The notes: generated from the letters alone by a model not told the origin. A stretch of 34,026 nt of DNA from Thermovirgaceae bacterium (GCA_040767805.1 JAXGNU010000014.1:1-34026), one strand, 5' to 3'. Numbered from the stretch's first letter, positions 1 through 9,599 are shown. Numbers and translations are program-made.

Positions 1-819
1 CGGCAGTCGGGGCTGCTGAACTTCATTAGTAACGGAACGCTGGGTCAGCCCTCGTTGTTATTCAAGGCGGGGCTCGCCGAGTGGGCCATCACCCACGAGG
101 TCAGGCCCGACCTCCCCCTCGCCAGCAGGGTAACCGAGATAGAACGGCAACTCGAGGGCGAGGCGGCCGAGGGGCGCCCCCTGGCGATGAGGCTTGAGCG
201 GGTCCTCACCCTGCTATTCCCCGGCCAGGTCCTTTGGCAGGACGTAAACGTCCCCGCCAACCTGGTTTTCAAGGCCACCTTCATCGACCGGGTATCCCCC
301 AGGAACGCCGCCGCCGGGGATATTGTCCGCCTGAAGCTTGAGGATAACCTGGCCGTGGAAGGCTTCCTGGTGGCGCCGAAGGGTTCCAGGGTCATTGCCA
401 AGGTGGACGCCGTTAAACCTCCCAGGAGTTTCGGCAGGCCCTCGGAGATCAAGTTCGCCTTCGAAAGGCTGGAACCCCTAGGCCCCGAGGCAATACCCGT
501 CTTCGTCGGCGATGCTTCCGCCCTGGCCGCCAAGTCCGACACCACCGTGGCCACCGCCATAGGGACGAGCGCCATCGGGGCGATCCTCCTCGGGCCCGTG
601 GGCCTCGTGGGAGGCCTGCTCGTGAAGGGGGACGCACCTGACGTGGCCCCCGGGACCCCTATCTACCTGGAGACTGCTTCGACCGCTTCGGTGAAGGGTT
701 ACTTCATCCCGACGTCGCTCCAGGGGCTCCCGGGAGGGGTCCAGCCGCCCGCACCGCAGGAAGCCACCGTCCATGAAGAGTTCGAACAATCCATGGAAGG
801 GGGGGACCTTCTTGAGTAG
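1..819 (+). CDS. Hypothetical protein, 5'-truncated by the window edge; beta-rich domain followed by a Gly-rich hydrophobic hairpin (probably envelope-associated)
   Basis: Frame is open from base 1 (RQSGLLNF...) to TAG at 817-819; codon usage is typical of the window; hydrophobic segment AIGAILLGPVGLVGGLLV. Confidence 0.7.
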   Translation, partial: RQSGLLNFISNGTLGQPSLLFKAGLAEWAITHEVRPDLPLASRVTEIERQLEGEAAEGRPLAMRLERVLTLLFPGQVLWQDVNVPANLVFKATFIDRVSPRNAAAGDIVRLKLEDNLAVEGFLVAPKGSRVIAKVDAVKPPRSFGRPSEIKFAFERLEPLGPEAIPVFVGDASALAAKSDTTVATAIGTSAIGAILLGPVGLVGGLLVKGDAPDVAPGTPIYLETASTASVKGYFIPTSLQGLPGGVQPPAPQEATVHEEFEQSMEGGDLLE

Positions 820-1240
820 AGGCAAAAGGGTCATCGCTTCCATCGCCGCGGGGGTACTGCTCTTCGCCGGAGCGGCCGCGGCCGTCGACCTGGGTGACCT
901 CATAGGTGTGATAGGGGGAGGGCTCATCGTAGGCGCCTTGGGGACCCAGATAAACGATTTCATCAACACCGTCACCTTCAACCGCGGCGTGGGCACCGAC
1001 GAGGAGACCAAGGTCATCCCCATCGTGTCCGTCGGGAGCGGTACGGCCATAGGTGCGGCCCAGGTGGCGGGCCCCAAGGCGGAAGTGGACAAGGTCAAGG
1101 CCGTGGCGGAACTATCGGTCAGTTTCATGAACCGGGTAGGGGTCAGGGTGCTCGTTCCCATCGACTCCACCAACCCCCTGGAGAGATTCCGCAGGGTCCA
1201 GAAGGTCGGGGTATCGGCGGTCATCGACTACAAATTATAG
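812..1240 (+). CDS. Hypothetical exported/membrane protein
   Basis: TTG at 812 follows a G-rich RBS (GGAAGGGGGG) and overlaps the upstream stop; signal-peptide-like N-terminus (KRVIASIAAGVLLFAGAAAA). Confidence 0.75.
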   Translation: MSRGKRVIASIAAGVLLFAGAAAAVDLGDLIGVIGGGLIVGALGTQINDFINTVTFNRGVGTDEETKVIPIVSVGSGTAIGAAQVAGPKAEVDKVKAVAELSVSFMNRVGVRVLVPIDSTNPLERFRRVQKVGVSAVIDYKL

Positions 1241-1286
1241 TTGGCGCCCTTTATTTCATCGCTTCGGCTCGAACGGGGGGAGTGCG

Positions 1287-1838
1287 GTGATACCTGAAAG
1301 TAAGCGGCGCTTCTTCGTGATCGCCGCGGTTGTCCTGGTGTTGCTTTTCTCCGTCGGGCTGGTGAGGGACCTCCTCCTGGGCCGGGAAGATGTCGCCGTT
1401 AGCCCTGAGACGCCCGCCATTATTGTGGAGGGCCTCGACGTCACCAGGCTAGAAAAAGGTGACGACTGGCACCTGAGGGCCGAAAGGGCGCAAAAGAGCG
1501 GAGACCTCAGCGAGGCGGAGGACATAGACCTGTTCATCCGGTCCAAGACGGGAGCCCTGTGGGACATGACCGCCCCGAGGGGGACCATCTTCGAGGGTTC
1601 CGGCGGGGTCAGGCTTTTCCAGGTCACGGGGCATATCACCCACCCCTCGGGGGAACTCGACTGGAGAGCACCCATCGCCGACTGGGACGAAACGGGTTCG
1701 GTCTGGAGGCTCCCCGAGGGTCTCGAGGCGTGGGACGACCGTCTAGTCCTTGCGGGGAACCGGGGCCGGATAACCATGTCCGGCTCCGTTGTCGTGGAGG
1801 AAGGAGCGGTGGTCACATGGGAGGGGACAACCCGATGA
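1287..1838 (+). CDS. LptC-like LPS export periplasmic protein
   Basis: Single N-terminal TM anchor, then beta-jellyroll-like motifs (WHLRAERA, WDMTAPRG); lies next to the LptD-like gene. Confidence 0.6.
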   Translation: MIPESKRRFFVIAAVVLVLLFSVGLVRDLLLGREDVAVSPETPAIIVEGLDVTRLEKGDDWHLRAERAQKSGDLSEAEDIDLFIRSKTGALWDMTAPRGTIFEGSGGVRLFQVTGHITHPSGELDWRAPIADWDETGSVWRLPEGLEAWDDRLVLAGNRGRITMSGSVVVEEGAVVTWEGTTR

Positions 1839-3472
1839 GGGCGGGCGCGTCGCTACTGGCGCTTTTCTTTTTGCTCTTCGGCCCCCTCGCGGCGGCGGCC
1901 GGCGACGGCCGGATCGTGCTCGAGGCGGACAGGGTCGAGTTCGACCAGGCCTCGGGTTTTGCCGTCGCCACGGGGGCGGTTCGCATCAGCAGGGACCTGC
2001 TGAGGGTTTTCGCCCCCAGGATCGAGTATTCGGCCGTCGATAACACCATCGAGGCCTTCGCGGAACCCGGCGGGAAGAAGGTGGTCCTCTTCCACGGTTC
2101 CCAGAGGCTGGAAGGGGAGCACCTGGCCCTCGACATGATCTCCGGCGAGGGGCTTTTCCGGAACGCCTCGGGCAGCTTCCCGGCCGAAAAAGGAGAGGTG
2201 CACGCCTCGGGCTCCGACGTGACCACCACCCGCGTCAAGGAGGGCCAGCGCTTTGAATCGATCCCCGGCAGGGTCCAGAAGGGGCTCGTGACGGGGGACC
2301 AGGTCTACCGGTGGACGGACGTGGGTTTCACCACCTGCGCCGCCGAAAACCCCCACTACCAGCTGGTCTCGAAACGGCTCGTGGTCATCCCCGGTTTCCG
2401 GCTCGTCGCCTCGAAGCCGGCCGTCTACATAGGGGGGAAATTCCTGCTCTCCTACCCCTTCGACTATGTTATCGACCTTTCGAACGGCAGCCGCAGCCAG
2501 TTCCTCCCCCAGGTGATGTACGAGGGCGACAAGGGTCTGGGCGTATCCTACGGTGCCCCCCTGGCCATGGGCGACGTCAACGCGCGCTGGAAGGCCTTCC
2601 TCTGGTCCGGGGTGGGACTGGAGGCCGTCCTCTCCGTTGATCACCGGTTCAGCGACGGGATCGTTTTTTTCGCCGACGCCTCCTACACCTGGGATGGCGA
2701 CCGTGAGGAGAAAAGGTTCCGCCCGAGTTGGGGCGTGGACTACGAGTTCGAAGGGTGGACGGGGCGGTTGTGGTGGTCCCGCTCGGAGAGCGTGAAGGTT
2801 GAAAAGGACCTGGGCGAGTCTTTTGAGGGGCTCATCGACAGGAACCCCGAGTTCACGCTTTTTTCGCCCTGGTGGACCCTCCCCGGCGCGCTGGGGAGGT
2901 GGCGCTTCATGTCGACCTGGGGCGATTACGAGATCTCTTCCGAGGGGGGCACGGTGAAGTCGGGGGCTTCGAGGCTCGGCCTTGGCGCGGCCTACGAAGG
3001 CGAAACGAAATTAGGCGGCGTCGATCCCTTCTGGGGGGCCGAGTACTGGTGGTACGACTACGGGTCGCCCGGCGGCAGCCAGAAGGTCATGACCGTCAGG
3101 CTGGGCCTTGCCTGGCCCCTGGGACCGGTCACCATGACGAGCCTCTGGAGGAAGCAATGGGTCGAGGGAGGCTCCCCCATGGCCTGGGACGACCTCTCCG
3201 ACAGCGAGGCCTTTTACCAGAAGGCGGAGATACCCTTCGGGGAACACTGGAGCCTGGCCGTCAGGGGAGGCTACAACCTTCGGGATAGCAACCTCGACGA
3301 AATGTACTACCGCCTGAGTTACGACAGCAAGTGCTGCTTCAGGGTCGACCTGGTCTACCGCGACGACCGGGTCGGCGAGGACGACTGGGCAGGACTGGTA
3401 CTGGTCCTGAACGCCTTTCCAAGCCACCCCTTTTTCCTGGGCGCGAGAGAGGCCGGGGAGTACGCCCCGTGA
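1835..3472 (+). CDS. LptD/OstA-like LPS assembly outer-membrane protein
   Basis: ATGA overlap with the upstream stop; signal peptide; OstA-type N-terminus (LEADRVEFD...ATGAVRI); FTTC...PHY motif; Trp/Tyr-rich beta-strand C-terminal region with a CC motif. Confidence 0.75.
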   Translation: MRAGASLLALFFLLFGPLAAAAGDGRIVLEADRVEFDQASGFAVATGAVRISRDLLRVFAPRIEYSAVDNTIEAFAEPGGKKVVLFHGSQRLEGEHLALDMISGEGLFRNASGSFPAEKGEVHASGSDVTTTRVKEGQRFESIPGRVQKGLVTGDQVYRWTDVGFTTCAAENPHYQLVSKRLVVIPGFRLVASKPAVYIGGKFLLSYPFDYVIDLSNGSRSQFLPQVMYEGDKGLGVSYGAPLAMGDVNARWKAFLWSGVGLEAVLSVDHRFSDGIVFFADASYTWDGDREEKRFRPSWGVDYEFEGWTGRLWWSRSESVKVEKDLGESFEGLIDRNPEFTLFSPWWTLPGALGRWRFMSTWGDYEISSEGGTVKSGASRLGLGAAYEGETKLGGVDPFWGAEYWWYDYGSPGGSQKVMTVRLGLAWPLGPVTMTSLWRKQWVEGGSPMAWDDLSDSEAFYQKAEIPFGEHWSLAVRGGYNLRDSNLDEMYYRLSYDSKCCFRVDLVYRDDRVGEDDWAGLVLVLNAFPSHPFFLGAREAGEYAP

Positions 3473-4458
3473 TGCCCGCCGGCCCCACCAAGGTGGCCGT
3501 CCTTTTCGGGGGGGACAGTCCCGAAAGGGAGGTTTCCCTCTCCAGCGGCAGTGCCCTGCGCTCCGCCCTCGAGGTCGCGGGCTTCCTCGTGGAACCCCTT
3601 GAGGCCGACTCCCCCCGCCGCATGCTCGAAATGGCAGGGCGCTCCGACGCCGACGTTTTTTTCATAGCCCTTCACGGTTCATGGGGAGAAGACGGGAGGA
3701 TCCAGGCCGCCCTGGAACTGATGGGCAAGGTCTTTACGGGGTCGGGTGCCACGGCCTGCGCCCTGGCCATGGACAAGAGGGTGAGCAAGGCCCTGTTCGC
3801 CGCCGCCGGCGTGCCGGCGCCGCGGGCGATCTGCCTGTTCCCCTGCGATAGGGCTCCCGGCGCGGCCGAAGGGAAGGCGGCCGATGCCCTCGAGCGGTGG
3901 GGCAAGATCGTGATAAAGCCTTCGGGGTGTGGGAGCACCGTGGGGGTGACGATAGTCTCCTCACCGGCCGAGGTGGAGGAAGCCCTCTCGCTGGCCTTCT
4001 CCTTCGACCAGGTGGTCCTCGTGGAGGAATACATCCCCGGGAGGGAGATCACCGTAACCGTGTGGGAGGAGGGAGGGGAGACCTCCATACTCCCCGTGAT
4101 CCAGATAGAGCCCTGCCTGGGTTTTTATGATTACCAGGCCAAGTACACCCCGGGGCAGGCGGAATACCTATGCCCGGCGCCCCTGGCATCCGCGGAGCTG
4201 GAGATAGTGGCGGCCGCCGCCGTCGCGGCCCACGGCTCTTTGGGTTGCAGGGTCTTCAGCAGGGTTGACATGAGGCTGACCGGGGAGGGTCACCCCTATG
4301 TCCTGGAGGTCAACACGGTGCCGGGGATGACGGCCACGAGCCTGGTGCCGAAGTCCGCGGCCGCCGTGGGGTGGGGTTTCGATGAACTCGCCTGGAGGAT
4401 CGTCCGGTCCTCCATGGAGTTGAGGTCCGCGGGGACCGGTCTTTTAACCCGGCGGTAG
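3469..4458 (+). CDS. ddl: D-alanine--D-alanine ligase
   Basis: VAVLFGGDSPEREVSLSSG, ALHGSWGEDG, GSTVG, YDYQAKY and LEVNTVPGMT motifs; start is GTG 3469 or ATG 3472, overlapping the upstream stop. Confidence 0.95.
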   Translation: MMPAGPTKVAVLFGGDSPEREVSLSSGSALRSALEVAGFLVEPLEADSPRRMLEMAGRSDADVFFIALHGSWGEDGRIQAALELMGKVFTGSGATACALAMDKRVSKALFAAAGVPAPRAICLFPCDRAPGAAEGKAADALERWGKIVIKPSGCGSTVGVTIVSSPAEVEEALSLAFSFDQVVLVEEYIPGREITVTVWEEGGETSILPVIQIEPCLGFYDYQAKYTPGQAEYLCPAPLASAELEIVAAAAVAAHGSLGCRVFSRVDMRLTGEGHPYVLEVNTVPGMTATSLVPKSAAAVGWGFDELAWRIVRSSMELRSAGTGLLTRR

Positions 4459-4944
4459 GATGGAAATACCGGTGATCCTGAACTTCCTGGTGCCCTTGGG
4501 GACCTCCACGGAGAGCTCCTCGCCGACGGTCTTGCCGATCAGGGCCTGCCCGACGGGGCTGCTCGCCGATATCCTGTTCGCGGCCGGGTCTGACTCTTCG
4601 GAACCGACGATGGTATAGCTGAGGCTGTTACCGCCGTCGAGGTCAAGAAGGGTGACGGTTGTCCCGAGGCCGGCCCTCGAGGGGTCGATATCCTCGGGCT
4701 CCACGATCCTGGCCTTGCCCAGCTGGTACTCCAGCCACTGTATCCTCGTTTCCAGCTTGCCCTGGGCTTCCTTGGCGGAATGGTATTCTGCGTTCTCATT
4801 GAGGTCTCCGAAGCCGCGGGCTTCTTCCAGCAACCTTGCGATCTCCTGGCGCCCCTCGCTTCTCAGCTCGACCAGTTCTGCCTTCAGTTTTTCGTATCCC
4901 TCCCGGGTAATGTCGATGTGGTCTGTCGTTGTAACATCTGACAT
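4444..4944 (-). CDS. greA: Transcription elongation factor GreA
   Basis: EARGFGDLNENAEYHSAKE and ISASSPVGQALIGK motifs; GGGAGG RBS upstream on the minus strand. Confidence 0.95.
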   Translation of the reverse strand: MSDVTTTDHIDITREGYEKLKAELVELRSEGRQEIARLLEEARGFGDLNENAEYHSAKEAQGKLETRIQWLEYQLGKARIVEPEDIDPSRAGLGTTVTLLDLDGGNSLSYTIVGSEESDPAANRISASSPVGQALIGKTVGEELSVEVPKGTRKFRITGISILPPG

Positions 4945-4990
4945 GGGTCGATCCTCCCTTCGGGGGGAATATGATATCCGCTGATGGCGT

Positions 4991-5019
4991 ATTTTAACAG
5001 ACTGTCAAGACCTGGGCAA
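4991..5019 (-). promoter_or_regulatory. Putative sigma70 promoter of greA
   Basis: Minus strand reads TTGCCC-17 nt-TAAAAT with an extended -10 TG. Confidence 0.55.
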
Positions 5020-5056
5020 CAGGGCGAGGATTAATGTGCCGCCGGGCCCATTCCCC

Positions 5057-5085
5057 TTGACAAATCCAGCCCAGGGCCCTATAAA
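5057..5085 (+). promoter_or_regulatory. Sigma70 promoter of the T-box/thr operon
   Basis: TTGACA (5057-5062)-17 nt-TATAAA (5080-5085). Confidence 0.8.
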
Positions 5086-5125
5086 GAACGGTAACTGCTC
5101 AAGTTAGCGGTCAACGAATAAGGCA

Positions 5126-5386
5126 AAGGCGATGAAGGGGAGAGTAGGCGTTTTTTCAGCGCGCCAGAGAGGGGGACCCGAGGGCTGAGAGGTCCCTTCG
5201 CGAGGGATACGTTGAAGACCACCCCGGAGCTGGATCCGAAGCCCTGGCGAAGGGATAAGGTGACGGGGGCCCGCCCCTGACAGCGGGGACGAGGGCCGGC
5301 GCCATCTTGCCGGAACCGGAGTGGAACCGCGGAAAGAGCCCCTTTCCGTCTCACGGGTAGAGACGGGAAGGGGCCTTGTTTTTTTT
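5126..5386 (+). ncRNA. T-box riboswitch leader, Thr specifier (ACC)
   Basis: Stem I motifs GCGATGAAG, AGTA, CAGAGAG and GCTGAGA; specifier ACC at 5218-5220; T-box GAGTGGAACCGCG at 5319-5331; terminator directly before thrC. Confidence 0.9.
5338..5386 (+). terminator. T-box attenuator terminator
   Basis: Stem GCCCCTTTCCGTCTC / GAGACGGGAAGGGGC followed by a T-rich tract. Confidence 0.85.
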
Positions 5387-5411
5387 CAAGATACGGAGGG
5401 AGAGCTTGAAG

Positions 5412-6452
5412 ATGAAGGGCATTTTACCACGGTACAGGACCCTGCTGCCGATCAACCCGGGGACGCCCATCGTTTCCCTGGGGGAGGGGGGGACCCCTCT
5501 CATACCCCTTGAGAGGCTGGGGGATGAACTCGGCCTGCGGCTTTTCGCCAAGTACGAAGGGGCCAACCCCACGGGGTCCTTCAAGGACAGGGGGATGGTG
5601 CTGGCCGTCGCCAAGGCGCTGGAGGCGGGGGCGAAGGGGCTGGTCTGCGCGTCGACGGGCAACACCTCCGCCTCGGCCGCCGCCTACGCGGCGAGGTCCG
5701 GCCTCCCGTGCACGGTCCTCCTGCCCAAGGGGAAGGTCGCCTCGGGGAAACTCGCCCAGGCCCTCGTCCACGGAGCGAGGGTCGTATCCATAAGGGGTAA
5801 TTTCGACGAGGCCCTGGAACTGGCCCTCGCCCTCTCGAGGGAGATGGGCCTGGCGGTGGTCAACTCGGTTAACCGCTACCGGCTCTGGGGCCAGAGGAGC
5901 GTGGCCTGGGAGATGGTCGATGAGCTTGGCCGCTCACCCGACGCGGTGGTGCTCCCCGTGGGCAACGCCGGCAATATCACAGCAGGCTGGGCCGGTTTTG
6001 TCCAGTACCGCCGCGCCGGGAAGGCCGACTCCGTCCCCGCCATGATCGGGGTGCAGGCCGAGGGCGCAGCCCCGCTCGCCCTCGGGAAACCCTGCCCTGC
6101 CCCGGAAACGGTGGCGACGGCCATCAGGATAGGGAGGCCCGTGAACGGGAAGAAGGCGTCCTGGGCCGTCCGTATGAGCGGCGGGAAGTTCCTGGCCGTG
6201 AGCGACGAGGAGATCCTGGGAGCCCAGAGAAGGCTTGCGGCCGATGAAGGAGTTTTTGCCGAGCCGGCATCCTGTGCCGGCATAGCAGGCCTTTTACGGT
6301 ACGCCGGGCTAGGGCTCATCCCCCGGGGCTCCACGGTGGTGGCCGTCCTCACCGGTAGCGGCCTCAAGGACCCCGATACGGCCGCCGCGGGGGCGGGAGC
6401 GCCCCTCGAGGTCGACGCCGAGGTGGGGGCCCTCAGGGAGGCCCTGTCATGA
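5412..6452 (+). CDS. thrC: Threonine synthase
   Basis: NPTGSFKDRG PLP-lysine motif, CASTGNTSAS, LPVGNAGN, LTGSGLKD; start is ATG 5412 or TTG 5406. Confidence 0.95.
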   Translation: MKGILPRYRTLLPINPGTPIVSLGEGGTPLIPLERLGDELGLRLFAKYEGANPTGSFKDRGMVLAVAKALEAGAKGLVCASTGNTSASAAAYAARSGLPCTVLLPKGKVASGKLAQALVHGARVVSIRGNFDEALELALALSREMGLAVVNSVNRYRLWGQRSVAWEMVDELGRSPDAVVLPVGNAGNITAGWAGFVQYRRAGKADSVPAMIGVQAEGAAPLALGKPCPAPETVATAIRIGRPVNGKKASWAVRMSGGKFLAVSDEEILGAQRRLAADEGVFAEPASCAGIAGLLRYAGLGLIPRGSTVVAVLTGSGLKDPDTAAAGAGAPLEVDAEVGALREALS

Positions 6453-7393
6453 ACGGCCCCTCGATCCGCATCCGGGTCCCGGCGACCACGGCCAACCTGG
6501 GATCGGGCTTCGACACCATCGGTCTCGCCCTCTCCCTTTATAACCTTTACGACGTCTTCGATATAGACGAGCCCGGGGCGTACCGGATGGAGGTTATCGG
6601 CGAAGGGAGCGCCGAACTTTCCGACCCCGAATCGAACCTGATAATCAAGAGCTATGAAAGGGCCTGCGAGGAGTGGGGCCTCCAGTGCCCCGGCTTTTCG
6701 TTGCGCTGCCTCAACGCCATCCCCCTCTGCCGGGGGCTGGGCAGTTCCTCCACCGCCGTCGCGGGGGGCGTGATGATAGCCAACGCTTTCCGGGAGGAGC
6801 CCCTGCCCGTCGAGGAGCTGATCTCCCTGATGGTGGAGATCGAGGGGCACCCCGACAATATCGTCCCAGCCTGTCTAGGCGGCCTAGTCGTCAGCGGCGC
6901 CGGCGAGGGGCGGCTTCGGTACGTGAAGCTCCCGCCGCCCCCCGGCGATATTTTCGCCGTCGTAGCCGTCCCGGAGGTGAGGGTCAGGACCGAGGACGCC
7001 CGCAACGCGCTCCCGAGGGAAGTGAGCCTGGGCGACGCCGTATTCACGCTGAACAGGGCCGCTATCCTGGCGGCGTCCTGGGCCGCGGGGAAGTGGGAGA
7101 ACCTCGCCTGGGCCATGGACGACAGGCTCCACCAGCGGTTCCGAGCGAAGCTGTTCCCGGGGGGCGAGGTGATCCTGGAGAAGGTCAAAGGCGTTCCGGG
7201 ATGCCTCGGCGCCGCCATAAGCGGTTCCGGCCCGAGCGTGCTCGCCTTCGCGAAGGGGGCGCCCCGGGGCGTCGCCGAGGCCATGTGCCGGGTATTCAGG
7301 GAGCACGGCGTGAGGTCCCGTTTCTTCGTCCTCGACGTGGATGAGGCGGGCGCCGTGGTTGAGCGCCTTTCACCGGTGGTGACCGGATCATGA
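6449..7393 (+). CDS. thrB: Homoserine kinase
   Basis: VPATTANLGSGFD, IPLCRGLGSSS (GHMP kinase), EGHPDN and ISGSGPS motifs. Confidence 0.95.
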   Translation: MNGPSIRIRVPATTANLGSGFDTIGLALSLYNLYDVFDIDEPGAYRMEVIGEGSAELSDPESNLIIKSYERACEEWGLQCPGFSLRCLNAIPLCRGLGSSSTAVAGGVMIANAFREEPLPVEELISLMVEIEGHPDNIVPACLGGLVVSGAGEGRLRYVKLPPPPGDIFAVVAVPEVRVRTEDARNALPREVSLGDAVFTLNRAAILAASWAAGKWENLAWAMDDRLHQRFRAKLFPGGEVILEKVKGVPGCLGAAISGSGPSVLAFAKGAPRGVAEAMCRVFREHGVRSRFFVLDVDEAGAVVERLSPVVTGS

Positions 7394-8607
7394 AGATCGA
7401 GGTCCTGAAGTACGGGGGTTCGTCCCTTACGGGTGAGGGGGGGATCGAGGCCGTGGCGCGCCAGGTGGCCGGCCTCCACCGGAAGGGCCTTTCCCTGGTC
7501 GTAGTGGTATCGGCGGTGGGCCAGACAACGAAGGAACTCATCGAGACGGCCAACGGTTTCGCCGGCCGGTTGAACCGCCGGGAGGTGGACCAGCTGATTT
7601 CCACCGGAGAGCAGCAGAGTATGGCCCTTCTCACCATGGCCCTGGGCGAGATGGGTGTCCCCGCCCGTTCCTTCGCGGGTTGGCAGGCAGGGATAAGGGC
7701 GGGCGGCGTATTCACCGACGGGCGGGTCCTTTCCGTGGACCCCCGGATGGTGGCGGGGTCCCTCGAAAAGGGTGAAGTGGCCGTCGTCGCCGGTTTCCAG
7801 GGCGTCACCGACGGGGGGGACGTCATAACCCTGGGCAGGGGAGGGTCGGACCTGACCGCCGTGGCCCTTGCCGCCGCCCTGGAGGCCGAATGCTGCTGGG
7901 TCTTCACCGATGTGGAAGGAATATTTTCCGCCGACCCCAGGGTGGTCCCGGGGGCTTTTCGCCTCGAGAGGGTCAGTTACGGGGAGTGCATGGAGATGGC
8001 CGCGGCCGGCGCCAGGGTCCTCCAGGCGAGGAGCGTGGAGCTCGCCTGGAGGTACGGTGTGCCGCTTTTCGTCGGTTCCAGTTTCGGGAAGGAGAGGGGG
8101 ACCTGGATCATGAGGGATGATGTATCCGAGGGGTTCGTGGTGCGATCGATAACCCATGATACGGAGATCGCCAAGGTGGCGGTGCTGGGGGTCCCCGACA
8201 AGCCGGGGATCGCGGCCAGGGTTTTCTCCTCCCTGGCCGGAGCCGGCGTGGGCGTCGAGATGATAATCCAGAGCATCATGAGGGGACAGGTCAACGACAT
8301 AGCCTTCCTCGTCAGGAAGGAATTCCTGGGTGAAGCCATTGACGTATGCCGCCGGACGGCCAGGGACATCGAGGCCCAGGGAGTGGCCTTCGATACGGAG
8401 GTGGGCAAGATCTCCCTCGTGGGGGCGGGCCTGTCAAACCACCCCGACGCGCCGGCAAGGATGTTTTCTATACTGGCAGGCGAATCCGTCAATATCGACA
8501 TGATCTCCTCCACCTCGATGTCCATCACCTGCGTGGTCTCCTCGGTCGACGTGGAAAGGGCGGTCGCCGCCCTGCATAAAACTTTCATTGAAGAGGCCGC
8601 GGGATGA
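7390..8607 (+). CDS. lysC: Aspartate kinase with two C-terminal ACT domains
   Basis: KYGGSS, TLGRGGSDLTA, TDVEGIFSADPR and DKPGIAA (ACT) motifs. Confidence 0.92.
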   Translation: MKIEVLKYGGSSLTGEGGIEAVARQVAGLHRKGLSLVVVVSAVGQTTKELIETANGFAGRLNRREVDQLISTGEQQSMALLTMALGEMGVPARSFAGWQAGIRAGGVFTDGRVLSVDPRMVAGSLEKGEVAVVAGFQGVTDGGDVITLGRGGSDLTAVALAAALEAECCWVFTDVEGIFSADPRVVPGAFRLERVSYGECMEMAAAGARVLQARSVELAWRYGVPLFVGSSFGKERGTWIMRDDVSEGFVVRSITHDTEIAKVAVLGVPDKPGIAARVFSSLAGAGVGVEMIIQSIMRGQVNDIAFLVRKEFLGEAIDVCRRTARDIEAQGVAFDTEVGKISLVGAGLSNHPDAPARMFSILAGESVNIDMISSTSMSITCVVSSVDVERAVAALHKTFIEEAAG

Positions 8608-9599
8608 GGGTCGCCCTGCTCGGCGCGACGGGCCTCGTGGGCCGGGAGATGCTGCGTACCCTGGAGGCGAGGGGTTTCCCCGCCTCGGAGGTCGTACCCC
8701 TCGCCTCTTCCCGCTCACGGGGTTCCAGGGTCCCCTTCAGGGGTGGCGAACTGGAGGTTCTTGAGGTGACCGCCGACTCCTTCGAGGAGGTGGATATCGC
8801 CTTCTTCTCCGCCGGCGCCGACGCGTCGAGGAAATGGGCCCCCGAGGCTAAGAAGAGGGGCGCCGTCGTGATCGACAACAGTTCGGCCTGGAGGATGGAC
8901 CCCGACGTCCCCCTGGTGGTACCTGAGGTCAACCCCGGGGCGATGGCGGGGCATAAGGGGCTGATCGCCAACCCCAACTGCGCGACCATCCAGGCGGTCA
9001 TGGTCCTGAAACCGCTCCACGACGCGGCTGGCCTCGTGCGGTTCTCGGTCGTTACCTTCCAGTCCGTGTCGGGCACGGGTAAGGAGGCCATGGAGGAACT
9101 GGCAACGAATTCAGGGGCTTTCCTGTCCGGCGTTGAGGGCGCCGCCTCGGTGTACCCCCGCGACATCGCCTTCGACGTGTTGCCCCATATCGGCGGTTTC
9201 GATGAAGACGGCGTCAGCGAGGAAGAATGGAAGATGATCAGGGAGTCCAGGAAGATCCTGGGGATCCCGGGCCTCGAGGTTAGGTGCACCGCCGTCAGGG
9301 TCCCGGTTTTCAGGGGCCATTCCGAGGCCGTCACGGTGATCTTTGATAGGGCCCTTGCCCCGGAGGAAGCGAGAGGACTGCTTTCCTCCGCGCCGGGCGT
9401 ACGCCTGATCGATGAACCTTCGAAGGGCCTTTACCCCACGGCGAGGAGTTCCCAGGGACAGGATCCGGTCTTCGTCGGCAGGGTCAGGAGGGACACCATA
9501 AGCGAGAAGGGCCTCATGATGTGGGTCGTCTCCGACAACCTCCTGAAAGGGGCCGCCCTTAACGCCGTCCAGATAGCCGAGGCGTTGACCTTTCGGTGA
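8604..9599 (+). CDS. asd: Aspartate-semialdehyde dehydrogenase
   Basis: GATGLVG, IDNSSAWRM, NPNCAT, QSVSGTG, RVPVFRGHS and DNLLKGAALNAVQIAE motifs. Confidence 0.95.
   Translation: MRVALLGATGLVGREMLRTLEARGFPASEVVPLASSRSRGSRVPFRGGELEVLEVTADSFEEVDIAFFSAGADASRKWAPEAKKRGAVVIDNSSAWRMDPDVPLVVPEVNPGAMAGHKGLIANPNCATIQAVMVLKPLHDAAGLVRFSVVTFQSVSGTGKEAMEELATNSGAFLSGVEGAASVYPRDIAFDVLPHIGGFDEDGVSEEEWKMIRESRKILGIPGLEVRCTAVRVPVFRGHSEAVTVIFDRALAPEEARGLLSSAPGVRLIDEPSKGLYPTARSSQGQDPVFVGRVRRDTISEKGLMMWVVSDNLLKGAALNAVQIAEALTFR

Noticed and set aside
3469..4458. Vancomycin-resistance-type D-Ala-D-Lac ligase
   Set aside because: The omega loop reads YDYQAKY (Tyr), typical of D-Ala-D-Ala ligases, and no van genes are nearby.
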